Shown here piece by piece: positions 8,620 to 17,840 of a stretch of 64,000 nt of DNA; position 1 is the stretch's first letter, and each line of letters begins with the position of its first letter. A program made the translations under genes and the position numbers. The stretch spans positions 15,885 to 79,884 of the forward strand of contig CAZQCI010000001.1 of NCBI GenBank assembly GCA_964592255.1. Reading direction: 5' to 3'. Origin of the DNA: an uncultured Nitrospiraceae bacterium. Lineage in GTDB: Bacteria > UBA10199 > SBBF01. Under the pieces are notes generated by a model, which was not told where the DNA came from, did not search any database, and was given only the letters and a program-made list of their open reading frames with translations.

Positions 8620-9480
8620 ATGTTTGCCTACTTAAATCTGACAAAGCCACGTATCAGTTTGCTTTTTGCCATCACGGGTTTAACCGCCTTGATCATGGAA
8701 GGAAGTCTTTCTTATCAATCGACTCGTTTGTGGATTTTAGTAGCCGCTATCTTCATGACAGGAGGGGCCGCGAACGCCCTCAACCAATATTTTGAACGGG
8801 ACGTGGATAAACAAATGGCCCGCACTGCTAAAAAACGTCCTTTGCCATTAGGGAAAATGACACCCATGGCTGCATTAATTTTTAGCATCGGCATGGGAGC
8901 CTTAGGCACTTATCTTTTATGGCATTACGGCACTCCTTTAGCCGCCTTTCTTGGTTTAGCTACAATCGCTTTCTACAGTTTTTACTATACGTTATGGCTT
9001 AAACCCCGCACTCCTTATAACATTGTCATTGGAGGAGCCGCTGGAGCGACAGGGCCTCTCATTGGTTGGGCAGCAGCAACAGGAACCCTTTCTTGGGCAT
9101 CGTTTGTGATGTTTCTTATCATTTTCTTTTGGACTCCACCTCATTTTTGGGCGCTCGCTCTATGTTGCAAAGAAGATTACAAAACCGTTTCTTACCCTAT
9201 GTTTCCACTGGTTAAAGGAGACGCCGCTACACGCTCACAAATTTTGTGGTATTCCTTAAGCTTGCTTCCTCTTTCAGCCAGCTTGTACTTTCTTAAAAGT
9301 TCCGGACTTTTTTTCTTCTTTACCTCTTTAGCGCTCAATTTAATTTTTATCTGGCAAGCCTGGCGAGCCTATCAACAAAAAACCATTAAAGTTTATTGGC
9401 AGCTATTTGCGTATTCGATTGTATATTTATTGGTTTTGTTTGTTGTAATGATGATTGATTTGAATTTTAAAAAACCATGA
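8620..9480 (+). CDS. ctaB: Protoheme IX farnesyltransferase (heme O synthase, UbiA family)
   Basis: UbiA-type Asp-rich motifs NQYFERDVDKQMARTAKRPLP and FFWTPPHFWALAL. 286 aa, polytopic. Confidence 0.9.
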   Translation: MFAYLNLTKPRISLLFAITGLTALIMEGSLSYQSTRLWILVAAIFMTGGAANALNQYFERDVDKQMARTAKKRPLPLGKMTPMAALIFSIGMGALGTYLLWHYGTPLAAFLGLATIAFYSFYYTLWLKPRTPYNIVIGGAAGATGPLIGWAAATGTLSWASFVMFLIIFFWTPPHFWALALCCKEDYKTVSYPMFPLVKGDAATRSQILWYSLSLLPLSASLYFLKSSGLFFFFTSLALNLIFIWQAWRAYQQKTIKVYWQLFAYSIVYLLVLFVVMMIDLNFKKP

Positions 9481-10643
9481 AAAATAAACCTCTCTTAGCC
9501 ATATTTCTGGTGGTTTTCATCGATCTCATCGGCTTCGGTATGGTGGTACCGATTCTACCCTACTACGCCAAGCAGTTAGGAGCATCTCCTTCCACTTTAG
9601 GTTGGCTCATGATGTGCTATTCCGGAATGCAGTTTTTATTTTCTCCTTTTTGGGGAAAACTCTCAGACCGAATCGGACGTCGTCCAGTATTACTGACATG
9701 TATCTTGGGATTAGCAACTTCCATGATCTTTTTAGGAATGGCCAAATCTCTTGCAGGCCTTTTTGCAGCACGCCTCTTAACGGGCTTTTTTGGAGCCAAT
9801 ATTTCCACAGCGGCCGCCTACATTGCAGACATCACAAAACCGGAAGAACGTTCCAAAGGCATGGGCATGATCGGGGCTGCGTTTGGCCTTGGTTTTTTAT
9901 TCGGACCCGCCTTTGGAGGGCTTTTGTCAAAATGGGGATACGGGACATCTGGTTTTGTCGCAGGAACCTTATCCGCACTCAATTTCTTTTTTGCTTTAGC
10001 CGTTATTAAAGAGCCAAACTTATCTGAAGAAGAACGTGAAGAACACCGTCATCGCCCATCAGGCAATGCTATCTTAGCAACCCTCAAAGAACCACGGACA
10101 GGCTTACTCGTCATTGTTTTTTTCATTGTAACCCTTGGCATGGCTCAATTAGAAACCACCTTTGGATTATTTTTACTCGACCGTTTTAATTTGGATGCCA
10201 AACATGCCGGATTTATCTTAGCCTTCATTGCTTTAATGATGGCGTTTGTTCAAGGTGGGGGCATTGGAAAATTAGTAGCAAAATATGGCGAGGTTAAACT
10301 GATCATGCTTGGAACTATAGCGATGACTATGGCCATGATTGGCTCCGGATTGAGTGGGGCTATTTGGATATTTATTATTTTCTGTTCTTTGCAAGGCTTA
10401 GGTTATGGAATCACAAACCCTACTTTACAAGGATTAATGTCCAAAATGTCTTCTAAAAAAACACAAGGAGCCACGATGGGGGTCTATCAATCTGCAGGAA
10501 GTTTAGGCCGTGTTATAGGTCCTATCTCAGCTGGCTATTTATTTGAACATGCGGGTCCCGCATTTCCCTTCTATGTCGCTTCTATTTTATTTGGGATTTC
10601 GTTTGTAATTATCACCATTAAAAACAGTGTGTGGTTTGAATAA
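9477..10643 (+). CDS. MFS transporter
   Basis: 12 predicted TM helices. MFS loop 2-3 motif GKLSDRIGRRPVLL. ATGA overlap with ctaB. Confidence 0.8.
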   Translation: MKNKPLLAIFLVVFIDLIGFGMVVPILPYYAKQLGASPSTLGWLMMCYSGMQFLFSPFWGKLSDRIGRRPVLLTCILGLATSMIFLGMAKSLAGLFAARLLTGFFGANISTAAAYIADITKPEERSKGMGMIGAAFGLGFLFGPAFGGLLSKWGYGTSGFVAGTLSALNFFFALAVIKEPNLSEEEREEHRHRPSGNAILATLKEPRTGLLVIVFFIVTLGMAQLETTFGLFLLDRFNLDAKHAGFILAFIALMMAFVQGGGIGKLVAKYGEVKLIMLGTIAMTMAMIGSGLSGAIWIFIIFCSLQGLGYGITNPTLQGLMSKMSSKKTQGATMGVYQSAGSLGRVIGPISAGYLFEHAGPAFPFYVASILFGISFVIITIKNSVWFE

Positions 10644-10652
10644 GGAGGCCCA

Positions 10653-10913
10653 ATGCCTGTCTACGAATATCAATGCACTCAATGCAAAAAAACTTTTGAT
10701 TATCTCCAAAAAATAACGGATGCCCCTAAGAAAAAATGCGAAAAATGTGGCGGTAAACTTGAAAAATTATTGTCCACGGGTGGTTTTCAATTAAAAGGAA
10801 GTGGTTGGTATAAGACAGACTATGCCTCTAAACCAGCCAATGACTCAGGGGTTTCACCTTCTTCAGGTTCGAATACAAAACCCAAAACTGATAGTACCAA
10901 AAAAAGTGATTAG
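10653..10913 (+). CDS. FmdB-family zinc-ribbon protein
   Basis: MPVYEYQCTQCKKTF…CEKCGG: two CxxC pairs at the N-terminus, then a low-complexity S/T/K tail. GGAGG RBS. Confidence 0.6.
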   Translation: MPVYEYQCTQCKKTFDYLQKITDAPKKKCEKCGGKLEKLLSTGGFQLKGSGWYKTDYASKPANDSGVSPSSGSNTKPKTDSTKKSD

Positions 10914-10924
10914 AACCTTGAAGA

Positions 10925-12487
10925 TTAATGTCTAAAATGGCGCATGTTGGTTAGCACCATAGCAAGACCGTGTTCATCAGCGGCAGCTACCACCTCAGCA
11001 TCCTTGACGGAGCCTCCAGGCTGAACAATGGCGGTAATTTTATTCTTTGCAGCTTCGTCCACACCATCACGAAAAGGGAAAAAAGCATCGGAAGCCAAAA
11101 CAGCACCACTTAAAGGATGTTGAGCTTTTTGTCCGGCAATTTTAACGGAATCAACCCGGCTCATCTGCCCTGCCCCAGCTCCCAACAATTGACGGTTTTT
11201 TGTGTAGACAATGGCGTTGGATTTGACGTGCTTCACTAACTTCCAGGCAAAATCAAGCTCAGCATATTCTGCCTCAGTGGGTTTTCGTTTTGTGGGAACA
11301 GAACAGGCACGAATATCCACCTGACCACAGTCAGCATCTTGCACCAAAAGCCCCCCACTCACACGACGATATTGAGGAGATTGTATTTTTACTTCCGGCA
11401 TGGATTTAAGCGATAGCAGACGGAGGTTTTTCTTGGATTTAAGAATAGTCAAAGCCTCTTCTTCAAAACCGGGAGCAATAATACATTCAAAAAAAGTCTC
11501 ACCAATGGCTAAGGCCGTTTCTTTGTCGAGCGGACGATTCACAGCAATAATGCCACCAAAACTGGAAACAGGGTCCCCTTCTTTAGCACGTGTAAAAGCT
11601 TCTTTAAGATTACGCCCTAAAGCCGCGCCACAAGGGTTAGTATGCTTGATGATGACACACGCCGGATCCGAAAACTCAGCCACACACTGGAGCGCGGCAT
11701 CGCTGTCGAGAATATTATTGTAAGACAATTCTTTACCGTGCAACTGAAGGGCCGATGTCAACGCTCCAGGAAGAAATGGAGGCTCGGCATAATAAGCCGC
11801 TTTTTGATGAGGGTTTTCTCCATAACGTAATTCTTGTAATTTTTTAAAACTCAAATTCAATGTAGGCGGAAATACCGGACGGCCTTCTTTTACTGGAAGC
11901 CGTTGATACAAAGCATTAGCGATAAGAGAATCGTATCGAGCTGTTGATTCAAATACTTTTACAGCCAGTTCAAAATTAGTTTCTACACTCACAGTTCCTT
12001 GATGATCCTGCATTTCTTTAAGAACACGGGAATAATCAGCCGGATCGATAATAACAGTCACGTCCTGATAATTTTTAGAAGCCGCCCGCAACATGGTCGG
12101 TCCTCCAATATCAACCTGTTCAATCAACTCATGAAGTGGTAAATCCTTTTTAGCGGATGCCTTTTCAAATTCATAAAGATTCACAACCACCAGATCGATA
12201 GGAAGAATTCCCAAATCGTTCATGTCTTTGACATGAGAAGCATTGGTGCGAATCCCTAAAATGCCTCCTTCAATTTTGGGATGTAATGTCTTCAGGCGGC
12301 CATCCATTACTTCTGGAGAGCCCGTATAATCAGAAACTTCTTGGACTGAGATATTGTTCTCTCTTAAAATCTTGGCTGTACCTCCGGTAGAAAGAATGTG
12401 CACCCCCAGAGACTGAAGTCCTTTACAAAAATCCACCACTCCAGTTTTGTCGGTAACGCTTACAATAGCTCTTTGTATTTTAGGCAT
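10925..12487 (-). CDS. purH: Bifunctional AICAR transformylase/IMP cyclohydrolase
   Basis: 520 aa. N-terminal MGS-like domain MPKIQRAIVSVTDKTGVVDF…LSTGGTAK. The C-terminal AICARFT domain is conserved throughout. Confidence 0.95.
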   Translation of the reverse strand: MPKIQRAIVSVTDKTGVVDFCKGLQSLGVHILSTGGTAKILRENNISVQEVSDYTGSPEVMDGRLKTLHPKIEGGILGIRTNASHVKDMNDLGILPIDLVVVNLYEFEKASAKKDLPLHELIEQVDIGGPTMLRAASKNYQDVTVIIDPADYSRVLKEMQDHQGTVSVETNFELAVKVFESTARYDSLIANALYQRLPVKEGRPVFPPTLNLSFKKLQELRYGENPHQKAAYYAEPPFLPGALTSALQLHGKELSYNNILDSDAALQCVAEFSDPACVIIKHTNPCGAALGRNLKEAFTRAKEGDPVSSFGGIIAVNRPLDKETALAIGETFFECIIAPGFEEEALTILKSKKNLRLLSLKSMPEVKIQSPQYRRVSGGLLVQDADCGQVDIRACSVPTKRKPTEAEYAELDFAWKLVKHVKSNAIVYTKNRQLLGAGAGQMSRVDSVKIAGQKAQHPLSGAVLASDAFFPFRDGVDEAAKNKITAIVQPGGSVKDAEVVAAADEHGLAMVLTNMRHFRH

Positions 12488-12492
12488 AAATT

Positions 12493-13851
12493 TTAAGGTT
12501 TAAGATTCATCACTCCCAAGATTGACTTAATGTCATCATCGGTCATTTGAAGTCCGGCTCCCATAAACCAATCCGGATCATGTTGCTTACTGATAAAGTC
12601 ATCAAGACCTGCCATCAAGTAAAAACTTTTGGTCATATTAAGCTGGGCATAAGCTTTTAGATGAGGGGCTTGGTTTTCTTCAGTTTTAAAATTAAATGCT
12701 GAAAACTTAAGGCCCACCGGACCATAATCATAATCAATACCAAAACCGCCGGAGGATTCGATCAATCCACCACGGAAAGTAAAACCATAATATTTTTTAG
12801 CTAACTCAGCAGAAAAGCGGAATTTATCTTTACTGGTTGTTTCAATCTCTTCGCGCACATTGCTCGTAACTCCCCCGGCAGTGACCTTAGTATTTTTAAT
12901 CATCGTACTAGAAGGAGGAGAAGGATCATTAACTAATTCAAACAAAAAATATTTATCAGGACGTGGTTTAACCGCGAGCGACACATAGTGCTTAATATCA
13001 CCACTAACTCCCAAGTACTCACCATGGTAGCCCACATCTAACTGCATGCGTTTGGCCCCGCCCAAAAGATCATTTAAACTATCGATGGAGCTATTTAATT
13101 TTTCAACAGTGCTATCGTCGTTCACTAAGCGACCGATGGTACCTTGCCCATTTTTAATTTTGTCTGTAATAACAGAAATATTATCTAAAGTAGCGTTCAC
13201 TTGAGGCGTATTTCGGGCCACAAGAGTATTCATATTCACGGCTACTTCTCTTAAGTTGGCAATAAGAGCATTAAGATTAGCCTCATTATTAACCGAAACA
13301 TTTTTAAGTGACTCGGTAATTTGTTCTATATTCCTTAAGCTACGAGCAAAAGCAGAATCTTCCCCCGCCATCATTAAGCGCATAGTAGCCGTAATTTGTT
13401 TTACATCGACGGCAATTTCACTCAATTGATTGGTGAGCGAACTGATATCCCCACCCATCGAGGAGGCAACAATTGTATTTCCTTTGGCCAATGGCTCTGC
13501 GATCGGACCCGGCTGATATAATTCGATATAAGTATCACCCAAAAAACCAGTCGCCTTGATACGCGCTTGAACATCGGAGGAGAGTTTAACGGCCTTCTGA
13601 ATACTCAATTCAAGTTTCGCTTTATTGTTATCCACTAAACTGATGCCGGTTACGCTACCAATTTGTATACCGGCAATCTGAACAGGAGTTTTATCAGTGA
13701 TCCCGCTGGCCGATTCGACCATTAAATAAATGGGATAGGTGCTTCCTGGAAAAAGAGATGTTTTGCTAATTTTAAGTGTGGCATAAGCCAAAATAAAAAG
13801 AACAATAACGACAAAAACCCCCGTCTTCATTTGTGCGTTCTTAAAGTTCAT
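12493..13851 (-). CDS. mlaD: MlaD/MCE-domain protein with a long C-terminal helical extension
   Basis: N-terminal TM, then MCE domain (PVQIAGIQIGSVTGISL). About 300 aa of extended helical and beta region follow. Operon with mlaF and mlaE. 11-nt overlap with mlaF. Confidence 0.75.
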   Translation of the reverse strand: MNFKNAQMKTGVFVVIVLFILAYATLKISKTSLFPGSTYPIYLMVESASGITDKTPVQIAGIQIGSVTGISLVDNNKAKLELSIQKAVKLSSDVQARIKATGFLGDTYIELYQPGPIAEPLAKGNTIVASSMGGDISSLTNQLSEIAVDVKQITATMRLMMAGEDSAFARSLRNIEQITESLKNVSVNNEANLNALIANLREVAVNMNTLVARNTPQVNATLDNISVITDKIKNGQGTIGRLVNDDSTVEKLNSSIDSLNDLLGGAKRMQLDVGYHGEYLGVSGDIKHYVSLAVKPRPDKYFLFELVNDPSPPSSTMIKNTKVTAGGVTSNVREEIETTSKDKFRFSAELAKKYYGFTFRGGLIESSGGFGIDYDYGPVGLKFSAFNFKTEENQAPHLKAYAQLNMTKSFYLMAGLDDFISKQHDPDWFMGAGLQMTDDDIKSILGVMNLKP

Positions 13852-14581
13852 ATCCAGAGGAGCGACCTTCTAAAAATTGTTTCACAAAAGGATGAGAAGA
13901 CCTTTTAAAAACAGAGGGGTCTCCTTCCAACAATATTTTTCCTTCATAAAGCATGGCCACTTTATCTGCAATCTTAAAGGTGGCCTCAATATCATGGCTA
14001 ATGACGACGGATGTAATCCCCAATTGTCTTTGCGTATTTAAGATCAATTGGTCGATGGCATCGGTCATAATAGGATCAAGTCCGGTGGTGGGTTCGTCAT
14101 ACAATAAAATTTGAGGAAGCAGCGCAATAGCACGAGCCAACCCTACTCTTTTACGCATTCCACCGGAAAGTTGAGATGGAAATTTTGAATCGATATCTTT
14201 CAACCCCACCAAACCTAACACTTCATGCACGCGTTTTTTTATTTGAGCATCGGTATAATCTGTATGCTCAACAAGAGGAAAGGCTACATTTTCAAAAACC
14301 GTCATCGAATCAAAAAGAGCCGCGTTTTGAAATAGCATTCCAAAATGTTTTCGAAAATCTTTAATTTGTCGGTCATCCAGACTACCAACGGACGTACCAT
14401 TAACAATCACCTCTCCCTCATCGGGACGGACAAGTCCCATTAAGTGTTTTAACAAAACACTTTTCCCTTCACCACTTCGTCCAATAATAACCGTGATTTT
14501 TCCTTTGGGAATTTCGAGATCAACACCACGCAATACGGGTTGTGTTCCAAATTTTTTTTGAAGGTTTTTAAGTAAAATCAT
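13841..14581 (-). CDS. mlaF: ABC transporter ATP-binding protein MlaF
   Basis: Walker A GRSGEGKS. Signature LSGGMRKRVGLARA. Walker B LLYDEPTTGLD. The start is trimmed to ATG at 14581 (MILLKNL…), which abuts the mlaE stop. The longer track ORF has no RBS support. Confidence 0.85.
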   Translation of the reverse strand: MILLKNLQKKFGTQPVLRGVDLEIPKGKITVIIGRSGEGKSVLLKHLMGLVRPDEGEVIVNGTSVGSLDDRQIKDFRKHFGMLFQNAALFDSMTVFENVAFPLVEHTDYTDAQIKKRVHEVLGLVGLKDIDSKFPSQLSGGMRKRVGLARAIALLPQILLYDEPTTGLDPIMTDAIDQLILNTQRQLGITSVVISHDIEATFKIADKVAMLYEGKILLEGDPSVFKRSSHPFVKQFLEGRSSGYEL

Positions 14582-15363
14582 TTCGTTCCAATAATTTCCA
14601 AAATCCACTGAGTCAAAAAATAATCTACTACCAAAATAGTAACTGAAGCCATCACCACAGCACGCGTTGTAGCTTTGCCGACACCAGCAGCCCCTCCACT
14701 GGTTTTGTAACCCTGATAACAACTAATCGCTGAAAGTAAAAAGCCAAAAATGGCCGCCTTAAAAAGACCTGCATACAAATCATCTCCATCAACGTAATGC
14801 CTCATGCGCGCCATGAAAGGCCCTGCAGGAATTTCTAGTAAAACGACCCCCACTAAATAGGCTCCCAAAAAACCTACAAAATTAAAAAGAGTCGTCAATA
14901 AAGGAAGAACAAAAGTGGAGGCCAACAGGCGCGGCACCAATAGATAATGAATCGGGCTCACCGCCATACTTTCCAAAGCATCAATCTGCTCGGTCACACG
15001 CATGGTTCCAATTTCAGCGGCCATACTGGATCCCGCTCGTGCGGTGACCATAAGAGCTGCAAACACAGGAGCAATTTCACGAGTTAAACTTAAGCCAACA
15101 GTTGCCCCTACTAATGTTTCCGCATTAAATAGGCGAAAAGCATAACCTGTTTGCAAAGCAAAAACCGCTCCCGTAAATAAACTGACCAGCAAGATAATAG
15201 GGGTTGAATCAACTCCTATTCTATTAATCTGTTGAATCATGTGATTCCAACGAAAGGGTTTTTCAAAAAGCCAACGAAAAAATTGTCCACAAAATTGGAC
15301 AAAGGCCCCTAAATCTTCAAGGAGAGTCACAAGAAAAAGACGTAAAGATAAAAACACTGTCAT
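14578..15363 (-). CDS. mlaE: ABC transporter permease MlaE
   Basis: Start ATG 15363 is preceded by AAGGAGG (MTVFLSLRLFL…). 262 aa with five TM helices, typical of MlaE. The track's longer ORF start lacks an RBS. Confidence 0.85.
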   Translation of the reverse strand: MTVFLSLRLFLVTLLEDLGAFVQFCGQFFRWLFEKPFRWNHMIQQINRIGVDSTPIILLVSLFTGAVFALQTGYAFRLFNAETLVGATVGLSLTREIAPVFAALMVTARAGSSMAAEIGTMRVTEQIDALESMAVSPIHYLLVPRLLASTFVLPLLTTLFNFVGFLGAYLVGVVLLEIPAGPFMARMRHYVDGDDLYAGLFKAAIFGFLLSAISCYQGYKTSGGAAGVGKATTRAVVMASVTILVVDYFLTQWILEIIGTK

Positions 15364-15428
15364 GATTCCTCCTTTACTTGGAGGAGTTGAAGAGGAGTGA
15401 AGCGTTGTGGAACTCATAAGAGATCTCT

Positions 15429-16577
15429 TTAAAGACCGGTATAAATTCGGGGAACCCGAGATGAAATACCGCACAAAATTTCATAAGAAATGGTATCGGC
15501 CCAATTGGCCACGTCTTCGGCCGAAATTTTTTCTTCCCCTTGCGCGCCGATGAGTACCACTTCGTCACCAGTTTTAGCTTCAGGAATCTCCGTTAAATCA
15601 ACCAAAGTAAGATCCATGGAAATACGGCCAACAACCGGAGCTTTTTTACCACCGACTAACACATACCCTTTGTTGGACAGCAAACGAGGATATCCATCGG
15701 CATAACCTAAAGGCAAAACACCAATCAAACTATCACGCTGAGTAACAAAAGTACCTCCATAACCTAAAGCCGTTTGTGGGGATACTTTTCTCACCTCTGC
15801 CAAGCTACTTTTAAGAGCCATCACAGGACGCAGTTCTATTTTAGACCTATGTCTCGGGTGAGGATAAGCTCCATAAAGCATAATTCCCGGACGCACAAAA
15901 CTTTGCCCTTCTAGCGCTCTGTCAATAATCGCTGCCGAATTGGCAAAATGAATAGGAGCTTTAACTCCTTTTTCTTCCAAAATTTTTAAAATTCTTTCAA
16001 AAAGAACACATTGTCTATCGGTTGGGGCGGCATCTTCTTCATCCGCACGAGCAAGATGAGTCATAAGACCAGCCAAATTGATTTCGGCATACTTTTTAAG
16101 GACCGCAACCACGTCATCAATGTGTGACGGCAAAAACCCCAAGCGCCCCATTCCTGTATCAAATTTTAAATGGACGGCCTGTTCCCGTCCCACTTCACGA
16201 AGATATTCCCCTATTTTCTGTAAATCTTCTAAATTGGAAATAACAGGACGTAACCGATGCTCCACAAAAATTTTAGGAGCCCCAGAGAGCAAACCATCAA
16301 ATACCAAAACTTCACCGCGGATTCCCACATTACGCAATTCAATACCTTCTTCAAGAGTGGCCACACCAAAATGGCGTATTCCACATTCTTCCAGCGCTCG
16401 ACTACACCGCAACGCTCCATGTCCGTAAGCATTGGCTTTAACCACAGCTAAGGGTTGGGTTCCTTGAGGTAGACGCGCCTTAACGGCCTTAATATTAAAA
16501 CGTAAGGCATCAAGACTGACTTCAGCATAAGTGGGACGATAGTGAATAGTCATGTTTCGCTTGCGTTTATAAGTCAC
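15429..16577 (-). CDS. alr: Alanine racemase
   Basis: PLP-Lys motif AVVKANAYGHG. The N-terminus parallels known Alr proteins (RPTYAEVSLDALRFNIKAVKA). The start is ambiguous: GTG 16577, or ATG 16553 (MTIHY…). Confidence 0.9.
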   Translation of the reverse strand: MTYKRKRNMTIHYRPTYAEVSLDALRFNIKAVKARLPQGTQPLAVVKANAYGHGALRCSRALEECGIRHFGVATLEEGIELRNVGIRGEVLVFDGLLSGAPKIFVEHRLRPVISNLEDLQKIGEYLREVGREQAVHLKFDTGMGRLGFLPSHIDDVVAVLKKYAEINLAGLMTHLARADEEDAAPTDRQCVLFERILKILEEKGVKAPIHFANSAAIIDRALEGQSFVRPGIMLYGAYPHPRHRSKIELRPVMALKSSLAEVRKVSPQTALGYGGTFVTQRDSLIGVLPLGYADGYPRLLSNKGYVLVGGKKAPVVGRISMDLTLVDLTEIPEAKTGDEVVLIGAQGEEKISAEDVANWADTISYEILCGISSRVPRIYTGL

Positions 16578-16585
16578 TTCCCTCT

Positions 16586-17407
16586 ATGTTACAAGCCTTT
16601 AGTATGAGCGAAAATAAAGTTCATTTTGTAGGGCACTCCACCGTTTGGGTCACAATAGACGGGCTTCATTTTATTATCGATACTAATTTTTCTAATCGTG
16701 TCTGGCTTCTAAAAAGGAAGGCTCCTTTAGGAATTGATGTAGAAAAATTACCAAACGTTTCTGCCTTACTAGTCACCCATGCCCATTACGATCATTTAGA
16801 TTTATTTTCCTACAAATACTTTGATCAAAAAAAAGAAGTACTCTGCCCCCCTACCCTTGGATCTTTAATTTCACGATTCATTAATAACCCGGTTACGGAA
16901 TTAGCCCCATGGGAAACAAAAAACTATGGCAGCGTCACCGTTACGGCCGTTCCTACTCGCCATTACGGATTTCGTCTTTCGGGTCTGCGCTACACTCAAT
17001 GTACCGGTTATATCATTCAAGGGAAAAACTTGACCGTCTACCATCCCGGCGACACTGCCTACGGACCTCACTTTAAAGAAATTGGAGAAAAATTTAAGAT
17101 TGATGTGGCCTGTCTTCCCATAGGAGCGTTTCGTCCCCGCTGGTTTATGCAAAGCCGGCATATGAGTCCAATAGATGCCCTTCAAGCTTTTGATGATTTA
17201 AAAGCAAAAACTTTAGTCCCCATTCATTGGGGCAGCTTCAGGCTGGCACAAGATTCGCTATCGGAAGCCATTGAGATACTGCAAACGGAACTTCAATCAC
17301 GAAGTAACACCGCTTTCTTAAAAATATTGCAACCGGGAGAAAATATTCACTGGCCTGCGGAAATAGGAAGCACTTCATCTTTAGTTTCAACCACACAACT
17401 ACCATAA
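16586..17407 (+). CDS. MBL-fold metallo-hydrolase
   Basis: HxHxDH motif LLVTHAHYDHLD. Downstream His/Asp ligands (YHPGDTAY, PIHWGSF). Its 3' end overlaps the next minus-strand gene. Confidence 0.7.
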   Translation: MLQAFSMSENKVHFVGHSTVWVTIDGLHFIIDTNFSNRVWLLKRKAPLGIDVEKLPNVSALLVTHAHYDHLDLFSYKYFDQKKEVLCPPTLGSLISRFINNPVTELAPWETKNYGSVTVTAVPTRHYGFRLSGLRYTQCTGYIIQGKNLTVYHPGDTAYGPHFKEIGEKFKIDVACLPIGAFRPRWFMQSRHMSPIDALQAFDDLKAKTLVPIHWGSFRLAQDSLSEAIEILQTELQSRSNTAFLKILQPGENIHWPAEIGSTSSLVSTTQLP

Positions 17408-17799
17408 GCGATATCCGCATTAGCCGGTTTCACAGCCACCACTTTTTCTTTTGAAATAGTCACAAAGACATCCCCCACTTCACAAGAGCGGGTTACAGTT
17501 TTTCGATGAAGCATGAGCCACTGGGTAGCCGTATCACGCTCTTGATTTTCATTCACTGTCTTTTGAGTCTTTTTCTTGGTATAAAGCCAAACTTGGTCCC
17601 CGGAGCTATGCGAAAAATTTTCTGTCTGGTAAAAAGGCTGGCCACGTTGAGAAATAAGCTCCGAAACTGTCATGCCTGGCTTGATAATCTGTAGGGAGTT
17701 GTCCGGTTGCGAAGTTTCAGTCGTTGTAGCCAAAGCTAAAAAATCGACACAGAAAACAAGAAGGAAAAGAAAAAAAAGGGAGGGAAATATTCTTTTCAT
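17347..17799 (-). CDS. Hypothetical secreted protein
   Basis: Signal peptide MKRIFPSLFFLFLLVFCVDFLALA. No recognisable motif. The annotated C-terminus overlaps the 3' end of the preceding MBL-fold gene by about 60 nt. Confidence 0.4.
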   Translation of the reverse strand: MKRIFPSLFFLFLLVFCVDFLALATTTETSQPDNSLQIIKPGMTVSELISQRGQPFYQTENFSHSSGDQVWLYTKKKTQKTVNENQERDTATQWLMLHRKTVTRSCEVGDVFVTISKEKVVAVKPANADIAYGSCVVETKDEVLPISAGQ

Positions 17800-17840
17800 T
17801 CCTAAGAAATGTCACAAAGGAAAAAAAATGTAAACGAAGT

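Noticed and set aside
9602-10009. 135-aa ORF (and antisense 9617..9808) inside the MFS transporter gene
   Set aside because: They sit in an alternative frame of a well-supported 12-TM transporter. They are Arg/Cys-rich frame-shadow artefacts.
11400-11830. Two plus-strand ORFs inside purH
   Set aside because: They are antisense to a fully conserved purH and are frame shadows.
13841-15474. Long 5' extensions of the mlaF (to 14722) and mlaE (to 15474) ORFs
   Set aside because: The extensions overlap the upstream genes by more than 100 nt and have no RBS. The internal starts abut the upstream stops, and the mlaE start has a perfect AAGGAGG.
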